Part shown: positions 44,929 to 56,600 of the stretch, one piece after another
Position numbering within the stretch: the first letter of the stretch is position 1
Layout of the letters: each line of letters starts with the position of its first letter
From: Salisapilia sapeloensis CBS 127946
Lineage: Eukaryota > Protista > Oomycota
Length of the DNA stretch: 64,000 nucleotides
Assembly (NCBI GenBank): GCA_023334545.1
Contig: JAADVB010000006.1
Location: 1 to 64,000 of the forward strand
Reading direction: 5' to 3'
The notes under the pieces: model-generated
Told to the model about the DNA's origin: nothing
The model's input: the letters and a program-made list of their open reading frames with translations, nothing else
Databases searched by the model: none
Program-made: the position numbers and the translations under genes

Positions 44929-47670
44929 ATGGACGAGCTCAATGCATCGGCACAGTCGTTATCGCAGGAAGAGCTGATGATTTTGGAGGCGCAGGCGGAC
45001 ATTTTGCGGGAATACCGGTCACTCTTGATTGCTGTGGAAATCGGTTACGCTGTCAACTTTGCCTTGTTCAGCGCTGTCATCATATACCTCCGTCACCACC
45101 GGAACATTGTCTACAGAGGAGACTCGAGTGCAGCGCGGAAACTTATCCTTCCAGCATATGAGTCTTTGCTCTGGGTGCTAGCCTTCGTTTCCGGTGCACA
45201 TGCCCTCTACTTTACCATCCATCTCGTCTTGATGAACACACGCCGGATACCGACTGCAGTCGAATTAGAAGCTTACTACTCTGGCCGCCTCTTTACTTGT
45301 ATCCTGACGATGGTTTATCTTCATCAGAAGAGTGTGTCGACGCCAGCACTTCAACGAGCGTGTGGTATTAGTCTGCTCATGGCGACGTACACCCTTCCGA
45401 TCGAATGGGCGGCGGAGTCATTCATGTCGAAAGAAGCAGGGTACTGGGTTCCAACCATCACGCGGGCTCTTATATTCGTCTATTTTGTCTATGTGTTCTT
45501 CCGAGCGCCTGCCCGCGCCACCAAGCACTCTATCCGACAGTACTGTGTCTTCATCTGGGTGTATTTCTGTACGATGTGGGCATTTGATGGTCTCCTTCAG
45601 GGAGGCCAAGTCGATGCAGGTTTTGCGGTCATCTACATCAACATCGCCTGGTCATCTCTTTCACCATTCTTCATCTGGCGCGTCTTGCGTGCAGATACGG
45701 AGCATTGGCGAGGACTTGGTCGACGAGCTGTGCAGCTCCAAAGCATGTTCCGATCGAAGAACAATATCCACGAACGCATTTCTTCCCACGGCCTTCACGT
45801 ACTCATTGAAATGCATCGCAAGTACATAATCGATTTTGCGTACCTAGAGTTCAAACGTCGCATTGGCACGGGCTCAAGTGCAGATGTCTTTAGCGGAACT
45901 CTCCATTCGAAAACTCCAGTCGCGATTAAGGTATATTCATATCCTAGACTTCTTGGATGTGGAGATGTTGATACATGGGATATATTTGTAGGTGTATACT
46001 CCAGAATCCCTGACGGATGATGTGGTCGCAGAGTTTAGTCATGAGGCAGCGCTCTGTGGCTCCCTTCACCATGCAAATATCGTCAAGGTAATAAGGTTTC
46101 CATTGCTGTCCTCTGTGCACCTGATGCGAGCTTAATGTTCCTTTCTTAGTTCTACGGCCTCTGCATCTCGCCGCCGACGATCTGTCTCGTGTCGGAGCTT
46201 TGCCAAGGTCCTTTAGACGAAATTACTCGTGCGGTAGCTCGGCAGCAGCATGATCGCCAGAGGCAGCAAGCCCTGATCGATATCAACTACATGATCGACT
46301 GTGTCCGAGCGGTTGCATACCTTCATAGCTTTACACCTGCCTTTGTCCATCGCGACATTAAGCCATCCAACTACTTACTGGATGCACACTGTACGGTGAA
46401 ACTGACTGACTTTGGTGAAAGCCGCAGTCTGCCTTCACATAACAAGAGTGGGTATGCTATCAATATCTCTGCCATGAGCAACCACAAATCCTTGACACGA
46501 GACGAGCTTTCATCTGTCCGCACACCACAGTCGAGTCAGTCCGTACGCAATGCAATGACTGTGCGTGGCACACCTGACTATATGGCGCCTGAACTTATTC
46601 AAGGGAAGGCTGGTCAAGCATTGTACGGAGAAGCTGCGGATATCTATAGTTTGACGATAACGCTGTGGGACATTCTCCACCCGCTTCAAGAGCACTATCC
46701 GGAGGCGAACGGAAACCATCTCAAGGTCTTTGAGAACGTTTTGAATGGCGCTCGACCTGCCTTAAGCTCTTCATTTTGTCCAGAGCTCGGCAAGTTACTG
46801 ACTGAAGGCTGGGATGCGCGGCCTGAACGTCGTCCGTCTGCCCAGTACATGCTACAAAAGCTTGAGCATATCCAAGAAAGCATCAGCTACGATGTCGCAG
46901 CACTGCTAGCAGAAACGGCCGAAGACAAGCAAACTGACGTCAAGAAAGACAAGAGTCCTAGCAATGCTGCGAGTGGACACTTACTCATGCAGCGCATGCT
47001 TGAATTCGATTTCGTCAGCTCTGTCGAGGAAGCACGACGAATGGGCAACGGGTTGATGAGTGCAGGGTATTTGCACCATTCACGTCACCAAGAACCATTC
47101 CTTCGGACCACAGAAAAATTCTTTTTTGATGACAGATTCTATGGGAAAGGAGGATCTGTCTTGCTTGATAGTGATCCGTCACCACCAGGCAATACGCAGT
47201 GGTACTATCCTTTCCAATCGAACGATGAGGAGAGTGCGTCCGATGTCCTTACCGAGTCAATTGGTCGTACTTCGAGCAAGTCTACGACATTGTCGGACTC
47301 TCGAGATTACCAGAGCTACTTGCAACAACCACGACATGATGTGAAGATTTGTGCGTGTCGAAAGTTGGGGCGTGGTATGAATTCCAAGGCAAACCAACCT
47401 AAACGTTTCCGACATAACAAGAGGTGGTATGCCGTAGTGGAAGAAAGCGTGCTTACGGAGAACTTGCTGTCGGGAGAGTTTGATCAGGCTGGAAATCAGA
47501 CTACTGTGGATGAATACGATGCGCTGGAGCGTGTGAGTGAAGTCGACTCGGCCATTCTAGAAGATAGTGGTGGTGAAGGCGGTATGAATCCGATTGACGG
47601 CCATGAGCCCAACATTAGTCCGAACGAGTCCAGAGCTCCGCACGACGCAATCAAACTGTCTGTAGTGTGA
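44929..47670 (+). CDS. Multi-pass (7TM-like) membrane protein fused to a tyrosine-kinase-like kinase and a C-terminal DEP domain; introns 45930-45990 and 46089-46150
   Basis: About 7 hydrophobic segments in aa 30-250. Kinase motifs IGTGSSADV, VAIK, HRDIKPSN, DFGES, GTPDYMAPE. DEP-like SGHLLMQRML..VEEARRMGNGLMSAGYLHH..EPF. Confidence 0.88.
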
Positions 47671-47716
47671 CGCATATCGCAATGTGCTGAAGCAATCAAG
47701 TTGTATTAATGCATAC

Positions 47717-49681
47717 TCATTTTTTAGCTTTTGTTCTTGTCGGCTTCGTGGTCTGCTTTTCAGCTTTTAGTGGTTTTGTGCTTGATCGACATGTGTGCTT
47801 GGACTTTGGCTCTTTGCGTTGCATAGGTGCCTCAGCAACTGTACTATCCGCTTGTCTACTTTCCCATTCTTCCAAGACTTGTCGAATCTCTTGTTTCGAC
47901 ACGACTACGTTATGAGCAGCGTCAATTTGGTCTTTTGCGAGATCAAAGGCTGTAGCTCCGACGAAATTCTTTAACATTGGGTCGGCACCATGGTCTAGTA
48001 AGACTCGGAGACTTTTCTTGGACTCATGGAAGACAGCAATGGTACATGGAGTCCATCCATGCATGTCACGCGCATTAACATTTACCTTAAACATTGTCAA
48101 CAGACACTCTAACTTGTCCGAGTCGCTAGCAAAGTTACTGGCTGCTACTTCCTGCTCTAGCTGCTTCTTTACTCTCGACACTTTACTAAGTAGAGCGGTA
48201 ACAACATCGACATTATCGAATTGCACTGCAATCATAAGCAATGTAGCTCCTTTCTCATTCCGTACCTCACTTGTAATGCGAGGCTTTTCGTTTCGATCGA
48301 TTGCCTCCTCTGCTATCGTATCGAATTTCTCCTCGAGTGCTATGGCTGTACCACCCGCAGCTAGCTCGAAAAGCTCCTGTCGAAGGTGGAGTTGTGCTTG
48401 CCGCTCTCTCTCAATGTGACTCGTAATTCGCTCTTCCCACTTGGCTTCCATAGCCTGCCGTCGCTCCTCCAGTAGCCTCTCTGTTTCTGACAAGTCCCAA
48501 GCATTGAGCTGCTTCTGTACGTCAGATGACTTGGCAACGTCGAATGGAGATTCTCCCTGCTTTGTAGCAATACGGGGATCTCCTCCAGCTCTTAAGAGGA
48601 GATCAATCATGGCAATATGACCGTTGTAAGAAGCCCGAAACAACGGCGAGCGTCTTTCGTCGTTGCATTGATTCGGATCCGCTCCGTGATCAATTAGTAG
48701 TGTCACAATCTGTTCGTGGCCTTGGCATGCCGCCTCAGACAGAGCGGTGTGTCCTCGTCCATCCTCGCTGTTAGGATCATAGTTCTGATCGAGGTATTTT
48801 TGCACAACTTCCATGTCACCATCAAAAGCACCTTCAACCATCTCAAAACTATTACGAGGCTTTGGCATTGACTTGATTCCTAAAGCCTCCGCAAAGCTAC
48901 CTGTGTGTGATTCTTCATTTTCAGACGAAGCGTTTGTGCTGGACACTTCGATCGAACACATACGTAAGGCAGCTTCAATTGAAGGTGTAGACACATTTGA
49001 AACGACAGCGAATCGAAATTGGTCATCGATGATAAATTGGTTAGCGTCTGGATCACCTGCATTTGGCCGCAGCAATTTTGTGTATACTTGTGGTTGGAAG
49101 AGCTCCTTACGGTCGAGAATGGAAGACGGGAATGAATCATCGGAGAAAAAAGTGTCGAGTTCTAGATTGGCGAAGGACCCCAAGTCCACGACGAGAAGCG
49201 TTCCGTAGCGTAGCGCTGCAACCAAGCACCGCCGCAAGTTTTCAGGCTCCATATCTCGTGGATTTGCAGCATGAAGATAAGAACCTCGCTGGTACTGTAA
49301 GAAGCGTGCTGCATCTTTGTCGTGATTATCCAATATCATCGGACATCGCTCGAACACGTATACAGCTTGATCCATCGCTTCAAGCAATCCTGCTAAGGTA
49401 ACGTGCAGTTTAGGAATCAACTGTTGACGACCATCTTCGAGCACACATAGAACTGATTCCTGTGCTTCTGGTAGTGACAAAAGAGAAGACGTGGAAACCT
49501 CGAGAGCGTCGAACACATCCTGTGCTTCATAATGCTCAAGCAAGTCTTTCGTCGACCATTTGTGAAAAGAGATGAGCTCAATGAATGCATTGCCTACATC
49601 AGGAGGTAATTGGCCTCGAATCCAGTCTTGCGACAGCGCAGGCTGCTCATGGTACGAAGCGATACTCGCTGCGCCTCCCAT
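47717..49681 (-). CDS. Ankyrin-repeat protein with IQANK1-like N-terminal domain and predicted N-myristoylation
   Basis: MGGAAS start; RCPMILD..AARFLQY..LRRCLVAALRYGTLLVVDL; ankyrin repeats GHTALSEAACQGH, SPLFRASYNGH, ATLLMIAV, GWTPCTIAV. Confidence 0.8.
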   Translation of the reverse strand: MGGAASIASYHEQPALSQDWIRGQLPPDVGNAFIELISFHKWSTKDLLEHYEAQDVFDALEVSTSSLLSLPEAQESVLCVLEDGRQQLIPKLHVTLAGLLEAMDQAVYVFERCPMILDNHDKDAARFLQYQRGSYLHAANPRDMEPENLRRCLVAALRYGTLLVVDLGSFANLELDTFFSDDSFPSSILDRKELFQPQVYTKLLRPNAGDPDANQFIIDDQFRFAVVSNVSTPSIEAALRMCSIEVSSTNASSENEESHTGSFAEALGIKSMPKPRNSFEMVEGAFDGDMEVVQKYLDQNYDPNSEDGRGHTALSEAACQGHEQIVTLLIDHGADPNQCNDERRSPLFRASYNGHIAMIDLLLRAGGDPRIATKQGESPFDVAKSSDVQKQLNAWDLSETERLLEERRQAMEAKWEERITSHIERERQAQLHLRQELFELAAGGTAIALEEKFDTIAEEAIDRNEKPRITSEVRNEKGATLLMIAVQFDNVDVVTALLSKVSRVKKQLEQEVAASNFASDSDKLECLLTMFKVNVNARDMHGWTPCTIAVFHESKKSLRVLLDHGADPMLKNFVGATAFDLAKDQIDAAHNVVVSKQEIRQVLEEWESRQADSTVAEAPMQRKEPKSKHTCRSSTKPLKAEKQTTKPTRTKAKK

Positions 49682-49746
49682 TACGACTCCTCAAGATAGC
49701 ATCAAACAGCACATAATTGACACACCACAAAACACACTACGATACG

Positions 49747-52458
49747 ATGAACGCGAGGCCGCCGCTCGTGCTCTTAGTACTCGCAGTCGGAGCTGTGTTG
49801 CTCTCGGCACTTTTCACCCGAGATTTCCTATCGGCTGCAAGTCACCCTAATGGCTGTGAAATGACATATTCACATCCGATCTACACGCAGGTCAATATAT
49901 CCTCCAAGACGCGCCATAGTAGCAAGTATTCGTTGTATAAGATTGACAATCGGAAGCAACGGAAGGAGTTGACTGGTGTACCAGTGCTTTTCTTACCTGG
50001 GAATCTAGGTAGCTACAAACAGTCTCGGTCGATTCGACGTCATTTATGGGATTTGGATGCGAATCTATTTGACGTCTTTGCTGCTGATTTTGGGGAAGAG
50101 CTCTCTGCAGTCAGTGGTCTTTTCGTCCAGCAAGAGGCATCGTTTGTAAACGATGCGATCCGTTGGATCTTAAAGCAGTACAGAAAAAAGCAAAAGAGCG
50201 ACAAGAAGAGAGCGACACAGTCTTCTGTTATCGTTGTAGCTCATTCCATGGGAGCTGTCGTGGCGCAGGTTGCTCCCACGCTACACAACCATAAGCAAGG
50301 CTCCATTGAGCATATTGTAGCTTTAGGAAGCCCATACTATAAACCACCATATCCGTTTGATACAGACATGCAGTACATGTACGAAGCAAGCAACCAGCTT
50401 CTGGCATCGAAAAAGCCTCGTTCCTCACCGACAAGTAGTGCAAATGTCAAGAATGCATTGCCAGGTGGAAAGGGAGTTTTACCCGATCCAGTGGTAATTT
50501 CCATCGCTGGTGGGCACAAGGATACAACCGTCCACGCTTCATTATCACTTCCAGACTCTGCCACATCGTCTGGAAACAGTCTGGCAGTGCTTTCAACAGC
50601 CATGCCATCCGTCAATGTTTCAGTGGACCATCAATGTCTGCTCTGGTGCCGACAGCTCTTGCAATCCGTTGCCGAAAGCATTTACGCTGTCGTCGATACC
50701 AAACACCGTCATTTGATCAAAAGCGCAAGTGAACGTCTCAAGCTCGCTACTTCAACGCTTATTGGAGACGATTCTGATGTCTCTATACACAGGAACAGTG
50801 TCATGGCTGGCTACCACCGCTTGGAAGATGTAGACCAGTATGATTTATGGTTGCCACTATGGCTGTATAACTTGTTCCGTACCAGATACTCAACACTTTT
50901 GCTCATGATGTACGCACTCACACTGCGTATTCTTCAAGTCCAGATCAGTCATTGGCAGCGACGGTTTGATCCTCAGAAAGAACCTGGCGTAGGAGACGAT
51001 ATCATCCCGTCCTTCCTCTCTTTGCTTCACCCACTGCAACACGGTCCGCAAGTCATCTATCGCATTGGCAACTGGCTATGTCCTCAAGACAACTCGACAC
51101 CAAAGCAGTCAACCCGACAGCTTGCGATCGGTGGAGGTAGCGTCACAATCATCGCACTTGCTATTGCCATTGGGTATGCGCCACCGACGTCGGACTTTGT
51201 CGACTGGCTTCGACCGTTTGGCAGTCTCGCTATCATCTACTTGAGTGCAGTAGGACTCATGTCTGCTACATTTACGATGCTTGATCCTATTCGGCAGTAC
51301 TTGCTCTGTCCGTTGGCCTTGAGACTGAACCATGCAGCTAAGAAATATCATGTCACCAAGTGGAAGGCAATAGCATTATTGTATGTGATCACGCAAGTGC
51401 TCGGACATGTGGAGATGCTCGTGTCTTCGGAAGCATCAGCCGAGTTTCGAGGAGCTCGATGCATGGCGCTTTTGGTCTTTGCTGCCTTGTTCGCTGTCAT
51501 CTTTTCCACCTTGCGAATGATTACGGATGAACTAGCTTCTCTCAGTCAACAGAGACTCCAGCGGTCGTTTGCTGCCGTCCTTTTGTTCTCGGCATGTGCA
51601 TGGGCAGGCAAGATCGCCTACTTTATCGCTGCTGCACGTTTCCCACCGCCAGTCTTGACGAAGGCGTTCGGTATCGAGGCCTCGATCTGCTTTGGGGTGC
51701 TGACGTTAGTAGGATACACTTGCGCACTAGTGTACGAACAGACGCTGCCTTTGCCTCCTGTCGCGTTCTTTGGAACGGATTCAGCTAGCGACATCTCGTC
51801 GCTGTATGATGAAACGCCAAAGGTTGGAGGTACACGCATTACGGCTGAGAATTGCCCTCGATGTCTTTATGAAGACGCTGGACCAGGTGCTGTCTTTGTC
51901 GAGTGTTCCACTTCCAAGACGAAGCGCATTCGCATGTCAAGTGGAGATGTGGTGACGGTCGGACCTACGTATCGAGTAGTGTCCTGTGACTGCGTCTTCC
52001 GAGCAAAAAAGACGGCGGACTATTGCGCCTTTTGTCTCCGATCGTGTCGGCTCTGTGGCGGTGGCGATGGCAATTTCCAGCAAGCTCAAAAGTACCGCCA
52101 GTTCCTTGATGAAAGTCGCGTTAGTCTGCTCGTGCATGCGGTCATACCGCTCTTGATGCAAGCGCTTGCACTCGGACAATTATCGTACGGCTTCGATAAA
52201 GAGCACTTGTCTTTCTACATCACTCCTACCGTCGCACTCGTGTTAATCCTCTACTTTACTCTGCTGCGTGATCCTCGCGACCGAAAGTATAGCAAGCGTC
52301 AGACAGCTCGACCTCAACCAAAGAAAGCTTCTTCAGTATCCTCGCAGCAGAAGAAGGCACGAAAGCAGCGTAAGAAGCGCAAGAAGAAAAGTTCAGCTAG
52401 TACATCCCAGACGAGTGGACCTCTTCTACAAGAGATCACGCCACCTCCATTAGATTAG
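49747..52458 (+). CDS. PGAP1: GPI inositol-deacylase (PGAP1/BST1 family), intronless
   Basis: Signal-anchor; CEMTYSHP; PVLFLPGNLGSYKQSRS; nucleophile VAHSMG; ISIAGGHKD; DHQCLLWCRQL; multi-TM C-terminal half. Confidence 0.9.
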   Translation: MNARPPLVLLVLAVGAVLLSALFTRDFLSAASHPNGCEMTYSHPIYTQVNISSKTRHSSKYSLYKIDNRKQRKELTGVPVLFLPGNLGSYKQSRSIRRHLWDLDANLFDVFAADFGEELSAVSGLFVQQEASFVNDAIRWILKQYRKKQKSDKKRATQSSVIVVAHSMGAVVAQVAPTLHNHKQGSIEHIVALGSPYYKPPYPFDTDMQYMYEASNQLLASKKPRSSPTSSANVKNALPGGKGVLPDPVVISIAGGHKDTTVHASLSLPDSATSSGNSLAVLSTAMPSVNVSVDHQCLLWCRQLLQSVAESIYAVVDTKHRHLIKSASERLKLATSTLIGDDSDVSIHRNSVMAGYHRLEDVDQYDLWLPLWLYNLFRTRYSTLLLMMYALTLRILQVQISHWQRRFDPQKEPGVGDDIIPSFLSLLHPLQHGPQVIYRIGNWLCPQDNSTPKQSTRQLAIGGGSVTIIALAIAIGYAPPTSDFVDWLRPFGSLAIIYLSAVGLMSATFTMLDPIRQYLLCPLALRLNHAAKKYHVTKWKAIALLYVITQVLGHVEMLVSSEASAEFRGARCMALLVFAALFAVIFSTLRMITDELASLSQQRLQRSFAAVLLFSACAWAGKIAYFIAAARFPPPVLTKAFGIEASICFGVLTLVGYTCALVYEQTLPLPPVAFFGTDSASDISSLYDETPKVGGTRITAENCPRCLYEDAGPGAVFVECSTSKTKRIRMSSGDVVTVGPTYRVVSCDCVFRAKKTADYCAFCLRSCRLCGGGDGNFQQAQKYRQFLDESRVSLLVHAVIPLLMQALALGQLSYGFDKEHLSFYITPTVALVLILYFTLLRDPRDRKYSKRQTARPQPKKASSVSSQQKKARKQRKKRKKKSSASTSQTSGPLLQEITPPPLD

Positions 52459-52531
52459 AAATGATGTAGTGCCACAAGTCGTTTTGAAAGTACTAAACTA
52501 CGCGCTAATGGACCGCTTCCAAAGCTCAATT

Positions 52532-54389
52532 TTATTTCTTTTTCGCAATGCCCTTGCCAAACGATACAGAGCAGTGCTTACTTGGGTTTAAGAGGTACTT
52601 GCTCCCGAGGTAGGACTGCACTTCACTCGACATGTTACCTTGGACGCGAATCTCTTCCGTCCCGCGAGCTTTCTCCATCGGCTCTTGCGTTGTCGCGCTG
52701 CAGCCCCATTTCTTCTGGACTTCCTTGGCAAACGTCGTGCCGTCAATACCGAACTGTTGATGTCCAGCAATCGTCGTAATAGTCGACTTGTTGTGCTTTT
52801 TGGACTTTTCGACGTGAATACTGATAGGACGGAAGTCGCCACCATGCATCTTAGCATCGTGGTCCGGATAGAGCTTGATGCAATGATATTTATGGCATTT
52901 CGACATCAAGCGAGAGTACACGTCCGGTCGTGGCAGACGATCGGGGTACCCACCAGCAGGCGCTTTCTTACCAAAGACCGCGTCGGTCAAAGGACCATTC
53001 AACAAAACGTATTTCTTATTCTGTGGATCCGCAAGAGACTTGAGCTCCACGTACTCGTTAATCAAGTCACGCACTTGACTCGGAGCAAACTGCTTTCTAC
53101 CACGTGACAAAACTTCATGGAAGCGACCTGCACTTTCAGTGTCGCTAGTCAAGAGAGTCTTAATGGCTGGAGATAGACCTAGAAACTCTACGACTTCTGG
53201 CTTGTGTTTTCCAGGTACGAAAGCTGGTTTTCCTGCCAATTCATTTTCTCTTGCTTGTGCTTCTTCCTGAGCCTGTCCTTCCGTCTTGTGCTTTTCAAAC
53301 GCACTAACGTCTCTAATAGGCATAAATGATGTTAAAGGCATAGAGTATAAATGAAGAGAAGAGTACGTACGGGTGTCGTCGTTGAATAGCAGTGATCGAT
53401 TGCACACCGTCTGACTCTGATATTTTAAGTAGACCCTTCTCTTCCATCCGCTTTAAGAAAGCAGAGACTTTGCCGTATGAGCTCTGCTTGACATTGACAT
53501 GACTTCCGGCAGGACGACTGGGTAGAAAGTTGTTTGCGTAGAACATGTTCGCTAGCATCGGTAGTGAGTCTTCTTTCACGCTGTTGCTTTTAATCGTCTG
53601 CAGCAACGTTCGTTCTAACAATTCATCCATCTCCTGCTTGGTCATCTTTTTCTCTTCGACATTGCTCTCTTCAGTAGTGGACGTGCTTTCGGCGTTACTA
53701 CTAGGCTTATCCTCTAACGATACGTTTTCCAATCCAACTGGCGTATCGTCATCGTCATCCTCATACTCACTGTCACTGTCTACTTGCTCTGTTGGTCGTA
53801 CTCGGTCACTTAAAAATCCATCATTTGGATACGTCTGTGGACCCAATCGCCACAGTTCGTCTCCAACACTATGCATCAGCTGCATAGCTCGACCTTTACC
53901 TCCTGTTCGTTCCAATGCTGCAGCATCGACCATAAGCTCTCCAACCGCAAACGGCATAGGATTCCCACGAGCGTATATTGCTCGCACTTGGCCACGTTTA
54001 AGCGACTTGAATTCTTCTTGGCTGGAAAAAACCATACCAGGAGCCATGACATCGGCACCGTTCATGACGAATTTACTCACAGGAGCATGTACATAGAGCT
54101 TTGGCAGCAGCTCCTGAAGTCGCCAGAGTGCATATACCGAAGGAACAAAGTCTCCTTTACCTGATAGATCAAAGAGCAGTGGTTCACCATTCAAACTATC
54201 CGAGACGTACACAACCGTTCGAGAAGGAGCTTGGAAACTGAGTTTCTTAATCGACGCTTTATTCGGCACGAGCTCTTGCACGAGTTCTTCTGCAACATTC
54301 AGTTTCGTCGCAATATCTCGTCGTAGCTTCTTGACATCCTTTCCTTTTAATGGAGCACTACCACTCGTCTTCTGAGCTTTAGCGAACAT
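52532..54389 (-). CDS. EIF2D: Translation initiation factor eIF2D (ligatin): PUA, SWIB-like and SUI1 domains; one intron near 53313-53369
   Basis: MFAK..LKGKDVKKLRRDI; PSVYALW; VSKFVMNGADVMAPG; KGRAMQLMHSVGDELW; HVNVKQSSYGKVSAFL; SUI1 ITTIAG..FAKEVQKKWGCSAT..IRVQG. Confidence 0.92.
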
Positions 54390-54523
54390 CGATTTCGATT
54401 TTTTTCACATTCGTGTCCGAGATTTATTCGTTATTGGTTAAATTGTTCATTTGTTTTTTATTTATGTTAGTAACTTTTAGAGATAAGAAGTGATGAAAAA
54501 AGGTGATGTACTACTTAAAAGGG

Positions 54524-56600
54524 CTAGATCGATCGAGTTTCAAGTCGCGTATGAATAACGTCTTCGTTAGTTGCCTGCATCTGTAGAACTTGATCGATAG
54601 GTTGGTCACATGCGAGACAGGATCGACTCATACGCACTTCAGCTGTTGCACAGGCATAGCAAGAGTAACAGTGCACAGAGCTTCCATGAACTATCAGCCC
54701 GTCTCGAGTGTTTTTCATACAAAGCATGCACTTGTCAGGCTTTGATTCTTCTTCATATGGCGTAGTGATGGTGGACGTCAGTTGCATCGTAGGCAACTTA
54801 TCCGTCGAGTCAGTAGTCTCTCGCTGCTCGTCTTCCTCCATTGCCGCCACCTCCTCTTCTCCCACTTCACTCTCCGTGCTGTCATCGTTGACTGCAGTCA
54901 TGATTGACGACAGTGTGCCTCGTCGACCACTGTTGTCCCGGACCTTTTGCATAGTCGCTGGCAAGAGTGAGCTACGAACTTTACGCGGCGACACGTTGCT
55001 CCACACATTCGGCATATGCCCATAGGACGAACCAGCGTGCCTATTAAATCTATCTACGATGCTCATCAAGCGCTTGTACCGATCGTACTCGCACCGATGG
55101 AACTTTCGCCGCTGGCTATCGGCAATCCGTCCATCTTTACCACCATGTTTCCTCATCTTTTCTTCTACTAAGACACACCAAAAGTGTTTCGCATGCAGCA
55201 ATTGCCAATAAGCTAATGTCCGAGCATGACAGACGCTTCCCATTCTAAATTCTTCAAAAGTTCGCTGCGGACTCGTCATCGCTCGACGGAGTTTCATGAG
55301 CCAATTGTCTTTATACAACTGTCTCGCATCGAAGTCGATGCCTCGAAGGTGTACGATGGCAGTGGCGACGTGATGCTGTCGATTACACGCTTCGCACTCG
55401 GTCTCAGGATCTGTGATGGATGTAGAATACTGGGAAGAGCAATCTAGGCTCGCAATTAGATCGGATGACCAGACGACACTAGTGCGAATGCTGTCACGAC
55501 GAGAGCAAATCGCTCGTTCCACCTGCATGTAACAAGATGTCAGTAAGCTGTACGAAGTTTTGGGTTGGATAGAGGTCTACGTGATGCATAGCTTCTCGAT
55601 AGAGCTGTTCTTTCGGACTCAGTTTGGATCGTTGCATACGAGACACGAGCGATTCGTCTAAAATGCATGCCTCCAAGTACTCGAGGTAGAGGTAGAACCA
55701 CTCGGACTGCTCTCTCGTTTGCATGAGCATACGTGTGATTTGTCCATCGTCATCTGGGTCGTCGTATTGATGTTGCTCATCGTCACTTGGACCGCCGAGA
55801 ACAGCTTGCTCGTCTTCATTCATGTACTCGACCTGATCGTCATTACAGATGAATTCATCCAGGTCTTCTCCTCCATCTGCATAGGCCTTTTCATCTATTT
55901 TGACAGGATCTTTCTTCTTCTTTGCACGTTTCGTTTTCGGACGAGCTGGACGAGGTTCTTCTTGGACGGCAGAAGGACTCTCATCGTCGCTACTGTCGGA
56001 ATCAAATGCAGCTTCTACACCTGCTACTACATTTTTATTCTGAAGACCATCGAGACAATTGTCTAGAGATAAGAAATTTAGCTTCCTAGCACTGGAGACT
56101 CGACTCCCACGTTGTTCCTGAATCTGTTGGATGCGAGAGCTACGTCGAGAGGAACCACTTTCGGTCGACGTGACGGTATTTGGTGTGGGTTTTCGCGTAT
56201 TAGCGTCTAGCTTAGAGTCTTCCTCTTGCTCACTTTCGTCTTCATCCTCTTCTTCGTCTGAAACTTCTTGATGACGAGTGGAGGCACCCCTCGTTCGACT
56301 CGCTGGACCGCTCTCCTCCATCTCTTCATCGTCGCTTTCTTCAACTACAAGTTTTCTCCCCGTCGCACTTGCAGGTCTAGCTACTTGTTCCATCTCTGTT
56401 TCTTCGTCATTGTCATCGCTGTCGATCGTAATGGGCTTTGAAGCACCTGTACCAGGTCCTGTTCGACTAGCTTTCGAACGAGTGTTTAAAATCGTCGTAC
56501 CAAAGTTCTCCCACTCTTCATCGTCTTCCAAAATAGTCGTCTGCCGAGTACGCTTCCGTGTGTTTGGTATCATAACGTCTGCATCCTCCTCATCAGACAT
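54524..56600 (-). CDS. Acidic disordered N-terminus, DUF4211/CCDC82-like domain and C-terminal MDM2-type RING; one intron near 55523-55582
   Basis: EDLDEFICND; CEACNR..ATAIVHLRG..FRMGSVCHARTLAYWQLLH; RING CMLC..IVHGSSVH..CYAC..CLAC. Confidence 0.8.

Noticed and set aside
52532-54730. 'Split MDM2' idea: SWIB domain in one gene and MDM2-type RING in the adjacent gene
   Set aside because: The SWIB-like domain is a normal part of eIF2D, and the order and context do not support a fission.
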